Of a stretch of DNA of 24,000 bases, positions 7,511 through 15,242 are shown in pieces. Origin of the DNA: an uncultured Gammaproteobacteria bacterium (GTDB lineage: Bacteria; Pseudomonadota; Gammaproteobacteria; Methylococcales; Methylomonadaceae); assembly GCA_963804035.1 (NCBI GenBank), contig CAWDOO010000012.1, positions 303,477 through 327,476 of the forward strand, given 5' to 3'. A program made the translations under genes and the position numbers. The notes below the pieces were generated by a model that did no database searches, was not told where the DNA came from, and saw only the letters and a program-made list of their open reading frames with translations. The stretch's first letter is position 1. Every line of letters starts with the position of its first letter.

Positions 7511-8392
7511 TTAATTGACTTCGTTCAACAAGTTAACAATCATGTTTTCTGCTTGTTTTTGGTAGCCACTTCCGAACAAATTGAGGTGATTGAGGATATG
7601 GTAAAGGTTATAAAGTGATTTTCTAACTGTATAGCCTTGATCTATTGGATAAGTCTCCCGATAAGCTGCATAAAAATCTTGGCTAAAGCCACCGAATAAT
7701 TCGGTCATGGCGAGATCGGCTTCTCGGTCGCCGTAGTAACATGCTGGATCAAACATGACCGGATTGCCGTGTTTGTCGGTAGCAGCGTTGCCGCCCCATA
7801 AATCACCATGCAGCAAGGAAGATTGGGGATTATAACCATCAAAAAAACGGGCAATTTTTTCGCAGAGTTGTGCGCCGTTGGTTTGTAAATGTCCGCAATA
7901 GCCTTTGGCTGCGGCTAAATTTAGTTGGTGTTGCAAACGTTGAGTACGCCAGAATACTATCCAATCATCATGGCGTACGTTAGGTTGTGGTGTGCTGCCG
8001 ATAGTATTTTCCTGATGCCAACCAAAATAAGGTTGTTGTAGTTGATGCAATAAGGCAAGTTGTTGTCCGAACAAACGGTCTGTGGCTTTGCTGGAGATGC
8101 CAAATTCAATATATTCCACTACTAAAAACGCATGATCCGTTGCCTTGCCATAAACTACAGGGTAGGGGACGCGTACGGTGTGCGTGGTTGCCAATTCCTT
8201 CAATCCCGTCGCTTCGGCTGCAAACATGCCAAGTGTTTCAGCTCGGTTTAGTTTTACGAAATAGGATTTATCGATGCCTTGTAAACAATAAGCAGAATTG
8301 ATGTCACCACCCGCAAGGGAGCGAACGGTTATCAGTTTAAACACCGAACCTGTTGTGCTTTCAATCTGTTCTACAATACTTTGCCAATTCAT
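7511..8392 (-). CDS. Fructosamine/ketosamine-3-kinase family protein (YniA-like)
   Basis: It has the family-typical N-terminus MNWQSIVEQIE...GGDINSAY, the motif LLHGDLWGGN, and DPACYYGDREADLAMTELFGGF. The start was set at MNWQ by analogy with the family N-terminus. Confidence 0.85.
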   Translation of the reverse strand: MNWQSIVEQIESTTGSVFKLITVRSLAGGDINSAYCLQGIDKSYFVKLNRAETLGMFAAEATGLKELATTHTVRVPYPVVYGKATDHAFLVVEYIEFGISSKATDRLFGQQLALLHQLQQPYFGWHQENTIGSTPQPNVRHDDWIVFWRTQRLQHQLNLAAAKGYCGHLQTNGAQLCEKIARFFDGYNPQSSLLHGDLWGGNAATDKHGNPVMFDPACYYGDREADLAMTELFGGFSQDFYAAYRETYPIDQGYTVRKSLYNLYHILNHLNLFGSGYQKQAENMIVNLLNEVN

Positions 8393-8504
8393 AAGCCAAA
8401 ACTTATCACAAACCATGTTTTAGCTGCAATCAAGCAGCAGATACTTTAGTATAAGGGCATCTCAATATTTGAATTAAGCAAAAAATCGAGCTTGCAGAGG
8501 GGCT

Positions 8505-9533
8505 ATGAAGACTGAACAACCTATTGGTCCAGTTATGTTGGATGTGGCCGGATTAACATTAACCGATCATGAAAAAGATGTAATAAATCACCCTAATACA
8601 GGTGCGGTGATCCTGTTTGCCCGTAATTATCATGATCCTGAACAGGTAACCCAACTTAATAATGAGATTCGTAAAGCCCGAAATGGACAGATTTTGATTG
8701 CTGTAGACCAAGAAGGTGGAAGGGTGCAACGTTTTCAAAATGGGTTTACGCGCTTACCGCCAGCTCGTTCTTACGCTGAAGTGCGTGATACACCCGAATT
8801 GGCAGAAACGGCAGGTTGGTTGATGGCAGCAGAATTACTTGCAGTCGGTGTGGATTTCAGTTTTGCGCCGGTGCTGGATATTGACTGCGGTATTAGTGAA
8901 GTAATCGGCAATCGGTCATTTTCCACCGAATGCGAACGGACAACCGAACTGGCTAGGGCATTTAGAAAAGGCATGAATACGGCAGGGATGGCGGCTACGG
9001 GCAAGCATTTTCCCGGTCATGGAGCGGTGGCGGCGGACTCTCATCATGCTTTGCCTGTAGACGAGCGGGATTTAGATAGCATTCGTGCAAAGGATTTAGT
9101 GCCGTTTAAGGCATTAATCAATGAAGGCTTGGAAGCGGTGATGCCAGCCCATGTCGTCTATAAAAATATTGACCCTAATCCCGCCGGATTTTCGCCTTTT
9201 TGGATACAGCAAATCTTACGCGGTGAATTAGGCTTTAAAGGTGTGGTATTCAGTGACGATTTAAGCATGGAAGGGGCGGCTTTTGCTGGAGGCTATCCAG
9301 AACGGGCAAAGCGCGCGCAGGAAGCCGGTTGCGATATGCTGTTGGTGTGCAATAATCCGCCCGCTGCGGAAGCCGTATTGGATGCCTTGCCCATTATAAA
9401 AGATACCATAAGAGAGCGGCGCCTGGTAGCCATGCGCGGCAAACCTGGAATGAATCTGGAGCAGTTGATGCAGATTGAAAAATGGCAGCAGGCTTCAACT
9501 CGGATCAAGGAGTTAGTAGCCAGCTATGCTTAA
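8505..9533 (+). CDS. nagZ: Beta-N-acetylhexosaminidase NagZ (GH3, peptidoglycan recycling)
   Basis: It has GPVMLDVAGLTLT, VDQEGGRVQRF and KHFPGHG motifs, is 342 aa long, and is preceded by an SD (gagggg). Confidence 0.9.
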   Translation: MKTEQPIGPVMLDVAGLTLTDHEKDVINHPNTGAVILFARNYHDPEQVTQLNNEIRKARNGQILIAVDQEGGRVQRFQNGFTRLPPARSYAEVRDTPELAETAGWLMAAELLAVGVDFSFAPVLDIDCGISEVIGNRSFSTECERTTELARAFRKGMNTAGMAATGKHFPGHGAVAADSHHALPVDERDLDSIRAKDLVPFKALINEGLEAVMPAHVVYKNIDPNPAGFSPFWIQQILRGELGFKGVVFSDDLSMEGAAFAGGYPERAKRAQEAGCDMLLVCNNPPAAEAVLDALPIIKDTIRERRLVAMRGKPGMNLEQLMQIEKWQQASTRIKELVASYA

Positions 9534-10071
9534 AGAAATTCAACACATCCAGGCGACAGCCGATTTACTGTACAGTGAACGGCAAGTGGAAGCGGCGCTT
9601 GACAACATGGCGGCTGCAATTAGCGCAGAATTGGCAAACAGCAACCCCTTGGTGTTATGTGTATTGAACGGCGGCATTGTTGTCGCTGGTAAGCTACTGA
9701 CACGGCTGGATTTTCCGCTTAACATTGATTCCATTAATGCAACCCGCTATCAAAACCAGACTTCTGGTGGCACAATCGAATGGCAGTTAAAGCCAGGAAC
9801 GCCACTAAAGGGCAGGGCAGTCCTGATTATTGATGATATTCTGGATGAAGGCATTACGCTTTCGGCAATCAAAGATTATTGCTTGGAACAAGGTGCAGTT
9901 GCTGTTTTTACTGCCGTACTGGTTGATAAGGATCTCGGTCGTGAAAAGCCTTTACATGCAGATTTTGTCGGTTTACAAACCGAAAACCGTTACCTATTCG
10001 GTTACGGCATGGACTACAAAGGCTATTTACGAAATGCAGCGGGCATTTACGCCTGTAATGGGGTGGTGTGA
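9526..10071 (+). CDS. Purine (hypoxanthine/guanine-type) phosphoribosyltransferase
   Basis: It has the PRPP-binding motif VLIIDDILDEGITL and is 181 aa long. Its start overlaps the nagZ stop (ATGCTTAA), so it is operonic. Confidence 0.8.
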   Translation: MLKEIQHIQATADLLYSERQVEAALDNMAAAISAELANSNPLVLCVLNGGIVVAGKLLTRLDFPLNIDSINATRYQNQTSGGTIEWQLKPGTPLKGRAVLIIDDILDEGITLSAIKDYCLEQGAVAVFTAVLVDKDLGREKPLHADFVGLQTENRYLFGYGMDYKGYLRNAAGIYACNGVV

Positions 10072-10811
10072 TGGGTCGTTTGGCTATTATTGGCGGCACG
10101 GGCTTATCTCAACTTGCCGATTTTAAAATCATTAAAAGCGAAACACTCACAACGCCTTATGGCAAACCGTCGGCGGACTTCACCATCGGGGAATTAAATC
10201 ATAAAGAAGTCATTTTTCTTGCCAGACATGGTAATCCCCATGCTATTGCTCCGCATAAAATCAATTATTGCGCTAACATCTGGGGGCTAAAACAGCTCGG
10301 TGTCGAAAACATTATTGCTGTTGCCGCAGTTGGTGGTATTACGTCGGAAATGGTGCCCGCCCACATTGCCATCCCCGATCAAATCATCGACTACAGCTAC
10401 GGACGTAAACACACTTTTTTTGAGGACGGAAACGATCCGGTCACGCATATAGACTTTAGCTTTCCGTATAGCCAAGCGCTTCGTTCTCGACTAATACAAG
10501 CCGCCAAGAAAGCAGGGATACGAATAAGCCCGATTGGCACTTACGGTTGTACGCAAGGCCCAAGATTGGAAACGGCAGCGGAAATCAAACGTATGGAAAA
10601 CGATGGCTGCGATTTGGTGGGTATGACCGGTATGCCTGAAGCGGGCTTGGCGCGGGAGCTGGGTATCAATTATGTAGCTTTGGCGGTGATCGCTAATTGG
10701 GCGGCGGGGAAGATGGAAGGCGAGATTACCATGGCAGAAATTGAGCAGAATTTGCACAAAGGCATGGCAAATGCAGCCGAATTGTTAAAAATATTTGTCC
10801 AAACGCATTAA
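10068..10811 (+). CDS. MTAP-family purine nucleoside phosphorylase (S-methyl-5'-thioadenosine or -thioinosine phosphorylase)
   Basis: It reads RLAIIGGTGL...ARHG..H.I.PH.INY.ANIWGLK and CTQGPRLETAAEIKRMENDGCDLVGMTGMPEAGLAREL. An ATGA start/stop overlap joins it to the upstream PRTase. Confidence 0.85.
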   Translation: MMGRLAIIGGTGLSQLADFKIIKSETLTTPYGKPSADFTIGELNHKEVIFLARHGNPHAIAPHKINYCANIWGLKQLGVENIIAVAAVGGITSEMVPAHIAIPDQIIDYSYGRKHTFFEDGNDPVTHIDFSFPYSQALRSRLIQAAKKAGIRISPIGTYGCTQGPRLETAAEIKRMENDGCDLVGMTGMPEAGLARELGINYVALAVIANWAAGKMEGEITMAEIEQNLHKGMANAAELLKIFVQTH

Positions 10812-10845
10812 AAGACCGCGATCTGGTTTCCGCCAACCGCGGTTA
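10812..10845 (-). terminator. Possible rho-independent terminator between convergent genes
   Basis: The GC stem accgcg (10815-10820) / cgcggt (10838-10843) is followed on the minus strand by CUUUUAA. The loop is long (17 nt), so confidence is low. Confidence 0.35.
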
Positions 10846-10855
10846 GAAATTCCTA

Positions 10856-12229
10856 TCACGATTTCTTTTTGACAGTTTTTTTGCTTTTAGTAGCGCTTTT
10901 TGCGACCGTTTTGCTTGCACTAGCAGGCTTGAAATAACCTTTGCTTTTGCTTTTGGATGATGTGCTTGTTTGTTTGGTTTTACTTTCAGGTGTGTAATAA
11001 CCCTTACCATGCGTACTAGCTTTAGCGACTTGGATAACTTTTTCTGATTTTTTGCTCTTACTTGTTGTTGATGCTGCTTTTTTACTGGATTTACCCGATG
11101 TAAGCACAACTTTGGCTTTACTGTTCGTGTTGTGCGGCTTCTTACTTGAATATGCGATATGCTGAGCCTGGGGGACGTGCTTTACGATAGTCTTAGTTTT
11201 TCCGGCTATCTTGATTTTTGTAAGCACTTTCGGGGTTACGTCCCTATTATGTAGAGCAAGATGGCTTATGGATGAGTGTTTTCTCACGTAGCGTATATGG
11301 TGGTCATCGTCATCTTCATTGTGCCGGGATGCGTAATGCGATGAAGGCCGATGTCCACACGTAAGCTGATAAGGCGGCACGCCAACCGAATTTTTGCTCA
11401 TCGAATTGATGTTTTTTGAGTGATAAGAGCCGTATTCATTCGAATAACCGATATCCATCATGGTAAACATATGTTGATAGCGTTCCCCACTGGTCATTCC
11501 ACCTAACACGACACCGATCAGGCGTTTTCCATACTGGTTAGCAGAAGCAACCAGATTGTAGCCGGAACCGCAGGTATAGCCAGTTTTCATGCCTTCTGCA
11601 CCAGGATAATTGGCGACAAACTTGTTAGTGCTGCGTAAATATCTCCCGTTGTAATAGAGGCTGTCGACAGCAAAATAAGGGTAATATTGGGGAAAGTTCT
11701 TCTGTATTTTTAATGCCAGCAGCGCCATATCGTGGGCTGTTGTGGATTGCCAGTCGTGCGGCAATCCAGTCGCATTCATAAAATGGCTACCGTACATTCC
11801 GATACTATGTGCAGTGGAAGTCATTTTTATCGCAAACTGTTGCTCACTGCCGGCTATTTTTTCTGCCAGCACGACCGCTGCATCATTAGCGGAACGGGTG
11901 ATGACTGCAAGTATTGCATCCTCAACGGAGATGGAATCCCACGCCCTTAAACCTAGCTTACTGGTCGGTTGATGGGCAGCATGGCTGGAGATGTTCATCC
12001 GGTCACTTAAGCGTAGCCGCCCGGATTCCAAGGCGGAAAACGCCATATATAGCGTCATCAATTTTGTCAGGGAAGCCGGATACCAGGATTGATTGGCTTC
12101 CATTTCATACAACACATCGCCGTTTTCAGCATCAATCAAAAGTGCGGCGTGGCGACCATAACTTAACTGTGAAACCAGCATCAGTCCTGTTGCTGTCAAG
12201 ATGAGTAGGATATGTTTCACAATCTTCAT
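10856..12229 (-). CDS. Serine-type D-Ala-D-Ala carboxypeptidase (peptidase S11, PBP5/6 class) with a long K/S/T-rich C-terminal tail
   Basis: It has a signal peptide, SxxK (ASLTKLMT), SxN (RSANDAA) and KTG (MKTGYT). From about residue 290 the sequence becomes low-complexity and basic (..SKSKKSEKV..SKSKSKGYFKPASASKTVAKSATKSKKTVKKKS). Confidence 0.85.
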   Translation of the reverse strand: MKIVKHILLILTATGLMLVSQLSYGRHAALLIDAENGDVLYEMEANQSWYPASLTKLMTLYMAFSALESGRLRLSDRMNISSHAAHQPTSKLGLRAWDSISVEDAILAVITRSANDAAVVLAEKIAGSEQQFAIKMTSTAHSIGMYGSHFMNATGLPHDWQSTTAHDMALLALKIQKNFPQYYPYFAVDSLYYNGRYLRSTNKFVANYPGAEGMKTGYTCGSGYNLVASANQYGKRLIGVVLGGMTSGERYQHMFTMMDIGYSNEYGSYHSKNINSMSKNSVGVPPYQLTCGHRPSSHYASRHNEDDDDHHIRYVRKHSSISHLALHNRDVTPKVLTKIKIAGKTKTIVKHVPQAQHIAYSSKKPHNTNSKAKVVLTSGKSSKKAASTTSKSKKSEKVIQVAKASTHGKGYYTPESKTKQTSTSSKSKSKGYFKPASASKTVAKSATKSKKTVKKKS

Positions 12230-12385
12230 TTACCGTAGTTCTCAAATAGAGGTGTTAAAAAATTAATAACGCTGACTGACAACAGTTGCCGTACAAAAAA
12301 CGCTAACTATAGTCGAAATTCAATTTAAAAAGTAAACAGTACTGGCTTTTTTATAACTATTTATGTTGAACAGATTGATTTTATA

Positions 12386-12565
12386 GATTCGGCCTAGTGA
12401 AGTTTTAACTCCCGTTCGCCTTGAGTATGTCAAAAGGCTTGTGTGCTTCGACAAGCTCAGCACGAACGGTTCAAACATTAAAAGGCCGAATCAATAATCT
12501 TAGTTAGGCAAGGTCATCACGAACGTAATAACAGCTTATCGTTCGTCCTAAGTCTGTCGAAAGTT
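12386..12565. repeat. REP/MITE-like palindromic elements of the ccgttcg...cgaacgg type
   Basis: A 107-bp unit (12386-12492) is bounded by the 9-bp inverted repeat gattcggcc/ggccgaatc. It has internal inverted arms at 12412-12437 and 12445-12469. A second hairpin, cgaacg...cgttcg, lies at 12520-12545, followed by a related arm at 12541-12564. Confidence 0.7.
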
Positions 12566-12608
12566 CTGTTCAGCGGGTTTTTGTACAAAAAACTCGGTTG
12601 TTACTGGA

Positions 12609-13613
12609 TTATTTAAACTCTTTTACGCACGTATAAGGCGGTTCGCCTTCACAGATTCCCCAGTGAGCGCCAAAACTCCCTTCATCAGTTGGTTTCCATT
12701 TCTCTGAAAAGGCTTCAAATACATTGCCCCCCCAGTTCTTTGTCGCCAGCTTTTTCAAGGTAGATTTAATGACGGTGATCTGGTTTTTCTGACCGGCGAT
12801 ACCACATTTTTGACCCGTACGGGTATTGGTTTCCGTGCCGCCTTCAGGTCCATTAGGCCAACCAAATTCCGTAAGAGTCAGCTCTTTGTCAGGATAAGTG
12901 CGGCTAATATCTTCAAGCCTGGCAATGTGGAAATCAGCCGCTTGTTCTGCGGTTGTGCAGGTATGTACGCCGGCATGTTTATTTTCCCACCAAGGAAAAA
13001 TATTGACTCCGATCCAATCCACTTTTGCTTCAAAGCCCGTTTTTTGGCAAGGCGTTGCCCGGTTACACCACTCCCACCAAGTATCAATGGTGGTGATAGG
13101 TTGCTTCACACCGGCTTTACGCAGGCCATCAATGCATTTGACAATCTCGCCATCGAAAACGTTGCCATGCCGTGTCCTAACTTCAGAGCCGCAGCTTAGT
13201 TTGACAATTGTTTTGGGGAAAGCCTTGGCAACTTCAATGCCACTGGCGATAGATTGGTCATTGACTGCGATTTCCTTATCCAGCCAGATAATCGCAATGA
13301 CCTTAAGTTTTCGGGCTTCCGCCGCCGCAAACGTATAGTCCAATCCATTCATCACGCCATACGTCATAATGCAGCGAAAACGGGTTTCTTTCACTAGCTT
13401 ATCTAACAATGTGTCGATCAACTCATGGGAAGGTTGTGGTCCATAATTTGGGTTAATATCGCCTACATAAGGGCTAAAAGCCACACATTGCATGGCTTTG
13501 TTTTCGCTAGATTGTACGGGTTTCTTATGCTGTTTAGTGTGTTGAGCGGCAAAAACGCCGTCCATTTGTAAGGCCAGGAAGAAAATACTTACCAATAGCA
13601 GTAATTGTTTCAT
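12609..13613 (-). CDS. Secreted glycoside hydrolase family 17 (beta-1,3-glucanase/transglycosylase-like)
   Basis: It has the signal peptide MKQLLLLVSIFFLALQMDGVFA and a GH17-like nucleophile region LTLTEFGWPNG. The layout is (beta/alpha)8-type (CVAFSPY..., RCIMTYG). The start was set at MKQLL (ATG 13613). Confidence 0.7.
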   Translation of the reverse strand: MKQLLLLVSIFFLALQMDGVFAAQHTKQHKKPVQSSENKAMQCVAFSPYVGDINPNYGPQPSHELIDTLLDKLVKETRFRCIMTYGVMNGLDYTFAAAEARKLKVIAIIWLDKEIAVNDQSIASGIEVAKAFPKTIVKLSCGSEVRTRHGNVFDGEIVKCIDGLRKAGVKQPITTIDTWWEWCNRATPCQKTGFEAKVDWIGVNIFPWWENKHAGVHTCTTAEQAADFHIARLEDISRTYPDKELTLTEFGWPNGPEGGTETNTRTGQKCGIAGQKNQITVIKSTLKKLATKNWGGNVFEAFSEKWKPTDEGSFGAHWGICEGEPPYTCVKEFK

Positions 13614-13921
13614 GAGGATTTCCAGATTAAAAAATGAAATGAATAAGGCCAAACGCGATCTTATCTTGATCATTATCATTTTTTAAGATGAACCTTGTGT
13701 GAATTTAGGAGCGGGTAAGTGCTGAAGCCAAAAACTTTAACGCATATGATAAGTCATTTAGAAAGTTGGGGCGTTAAAGATTAAGAATTGCCAATCCCTA
13801 CAAATAGATTGCTTAAATTAATAGGTGGGATAGGCTGAGTTAAAGGCATTAATGTCATTGTTAATTGTCTTACGTTTGAAGCCGCGTATTTCCGGCAACG
13901 GTTAGCATTGAGGAAAACACT

Positions 13922-14164
13922 ATGAATCAACTATTTGAAGGCATTTATCGCTTAATAAAAAGCGATCAACACGAAAATGTGGTCGATCCTTCTGAGCATA
14001 CTATCAGCACAGCCGCCCACCCCGCTCCTGAAGAAGCGGAGGTACTTCATCCTGGAAAAAGGCGGATAAAAGAAAACTACACCAGCCACTGGGATTTGGA
14101 TTATTTGCCCAGGGCAGAAGTCGATAAAATTTTGGGTGGAATTGAGCAAGATAAGTTGGGTTGA
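13922..14164 (+). CDS. Hypothetical small protein (80 aa)
   Basis: A good SD (GAGGAA) lies 9 nt upstream of the ATG. No recognisable motif was found. Confidence 0.45.
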   Translation: MNQLFEGIYRLIKSDQHENVVDPSEHTISTAAHPAPEEAEVLHPGKRRIKENYTSHWDLDYLPRAEVDKILGGIEQDKLG

Positions 14165-14206
14165 CTTTAGCGTTTCAATGTAAATAATGCTGTTGTTTAA
14201 TAATAC

Positions 14207-14290
14207 CAATCCCAATAAGTTCTCATTGAAACCTTCTCCAGAGGGAGAAGGCCAGGATGAGGGGATTCATATAGCAACTTATTGGGATTG
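14207..14290. repeat. 84-bp MITE-like palindromic element
   Basis: It has perfect 15-bp terminal inverted repeats: caatcccaataagtt (14207-14221) and aacttattgggattg (14276-14290). They enclose the hairpin ccttctcc-agag-ggagaagg plus ccaggatgaggggat. The same module occurs in the opposite orientation at 14874-14907. Confidence 0.75.
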
Positions 14291-14366
14291 TTATAATTAT
14301 ATCGTTTCCATTCCGGAGCGTTGGAACGATGTGTAAAATAGATCTTAAATTTATCAGCGGAGGTGG

Positions 14367-14645
14367 ATGATGTTGACTATAAAATCTAAAAAAATGGCAT
14401 TGCTGTTAAGCGTTTGCCTGGTTTCTGGCTTAGTTTTACCAGAGCTAACCTTAGCCGAGAGTGTAAATTCGTGGGGAGGGGATTCCGGTAGCATAGATGC
14501 CGGAAAGGCAGCGACGCAAAGGGCCGCGATAGCAAAAAGGAAAGAGAGAATAAAACATCAGAAAGAGGCTGAAGCTAAAAAGGCGGCTGAAGCCCAGCAA
14601 GGTCAACCGGTTGAGGAAAAAAAGGAAACACCTGCTACCCAATAA
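14367..14645 (+). CDS. Hypothetical secreted small protein, K/A/E-rich (92 aa)
   Basis: It has a strong SD (GGAGGTGG) directly upstream and an N-terminal signal peptide (KKMALLLSVCLVSGLVLPELTLA). The C-terminal half is charged and low-complexity. Confidence 0.6.
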   Translation: MMLTIKSKKMALLLSVCLVSGLVLPELTLAESVNSWGGDSGSIDAGKAATQRAAIAKRKERIKHQKEAEAKKAAEAQQGQPVEEKKETPATQ

Positions 14646-14691
14646 CAACCTCTGCTTGGGAACGATTAATTGTCCCCTCTCCTGCTGGATG

Positions 14692-14909
14692 CCTCCATGG
14701 ATGTAGGTAGTAGGTGGAAAAATGCTCCTGCACAACCACATTCACCACGTCCATGTGGCTTGGCAACGCAGGACAACAAACTACTCCTGCGTTTGCTGCA
14801 TTCAGTACGTCCTGTACTTCAGCAGTTGCCGAGAGGGCTGGGGTGAGAGCAATAAAATCAACTGGTTATATCCCCCTCATCCCGACCTTCTCCCTCGAGG
14901 GAGAAGGAG
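14692..14909 (+). repeat. Copy A of a structured 170-220 bp intergenic repeat
   Basis: 14696-14775 is near-identical to the reverse complement of 18330-18409 apart from a 5-6 nt patch. It then carries an extra ~51-nt hairpin segment. It resumes similarity (gttgccgagagggctggggtgag...) and ends in the hairpin ccttctccc-tcga-gggagaagg. Confidence 0.8.
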
Positions 14910-14994
14910 TTTTACACATCGTTTCCATACCGGAGCGAGGGAATCTCTGTACATGGCAAAAACTATCCAGTGTCATTTCGAACGCTAATATACG

Positions 14995-15067
14995 TTGTCA
15001 TTTCGACCAACGGGAGAAATCTTAATCCACTGAGATTTAAGATTTCTCCCGTTGGTCGAAATGACAA
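14995..15067. repeat. Perfect 31-bp-stem inverted repeat (hairpin) with an 11-nt loop
   Basis: The arm ttgtcatttcgaccaacgggagaaatcttaa (14995-15025) has an exact reverse complement at 15037-15067, with the loop tccactgagat between them. A partial arm copy, gtcatttcgaacgc, lies just upstream at about 14972-14985. Confidence 0.85.
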
Positions 15068-15163
15068 AAAGTTAACCGATACAATGTTTATTGATTTTTT
15101 GTCGTGTAAAAAATGTGGGAACGAAAAAAACTTTAGAACACGATAAGGTTGTTTTCTCAGTAT

Positions 15164-15242
15164 GTAGGGTACGCACCGCGTCCACAACAAGGCTTTCCTA
15201 ACGCAGCAAACTCTTCCTAAAGGTACGCGATGCGTACCCTAC
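15164..15242. repeat. Inverted repeat gtagggtacgca / tgcgtaccctac immediately downstream of the RM pseudogene stop; the inner hairpin may act as its terminator
   Basis: Perfect 12-bp arms lie at 15164-15175 and 15231-15242, 55 nt apart. An inner 7-bp stem, ggtacgc-gat-gcgtacc, sits at about 15222-15238 and is followed on the minus strand by a short T-rich stretch. Confidence 0.5.

Noticed and set aside
6246-8392. The fructosamine kinase plus 2OG oxygenase as a functional two-gene system.
   Set aside because: They share a strand but are separated by a 278-bp gap with no coupling signals. Adjacency alone is not evidence of a shared pathway.
10843-11109. The 88-aa lysine-rich ORF on the minus strand as a separate histone-like or basic protein gene.
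   Set aside because: It is an alternative frame of the low-complexity tail of the carboxypeptidase CDS (10856-12229). The basic composition is a by-product of the A/G-rich repeat DNA.
14714-15025. ORFs 14714-15025(+), 14722-14988(+), 14963-15190(-) and 18216-18404(-) as protein-coding genes.
   Set aside because: They run through the intergenic repeat copies A and B and the hairpin modules. The shared peptide FTTSMWLGNAG arises only because the same DNA repeat is translated, and no start or SD context supports them.
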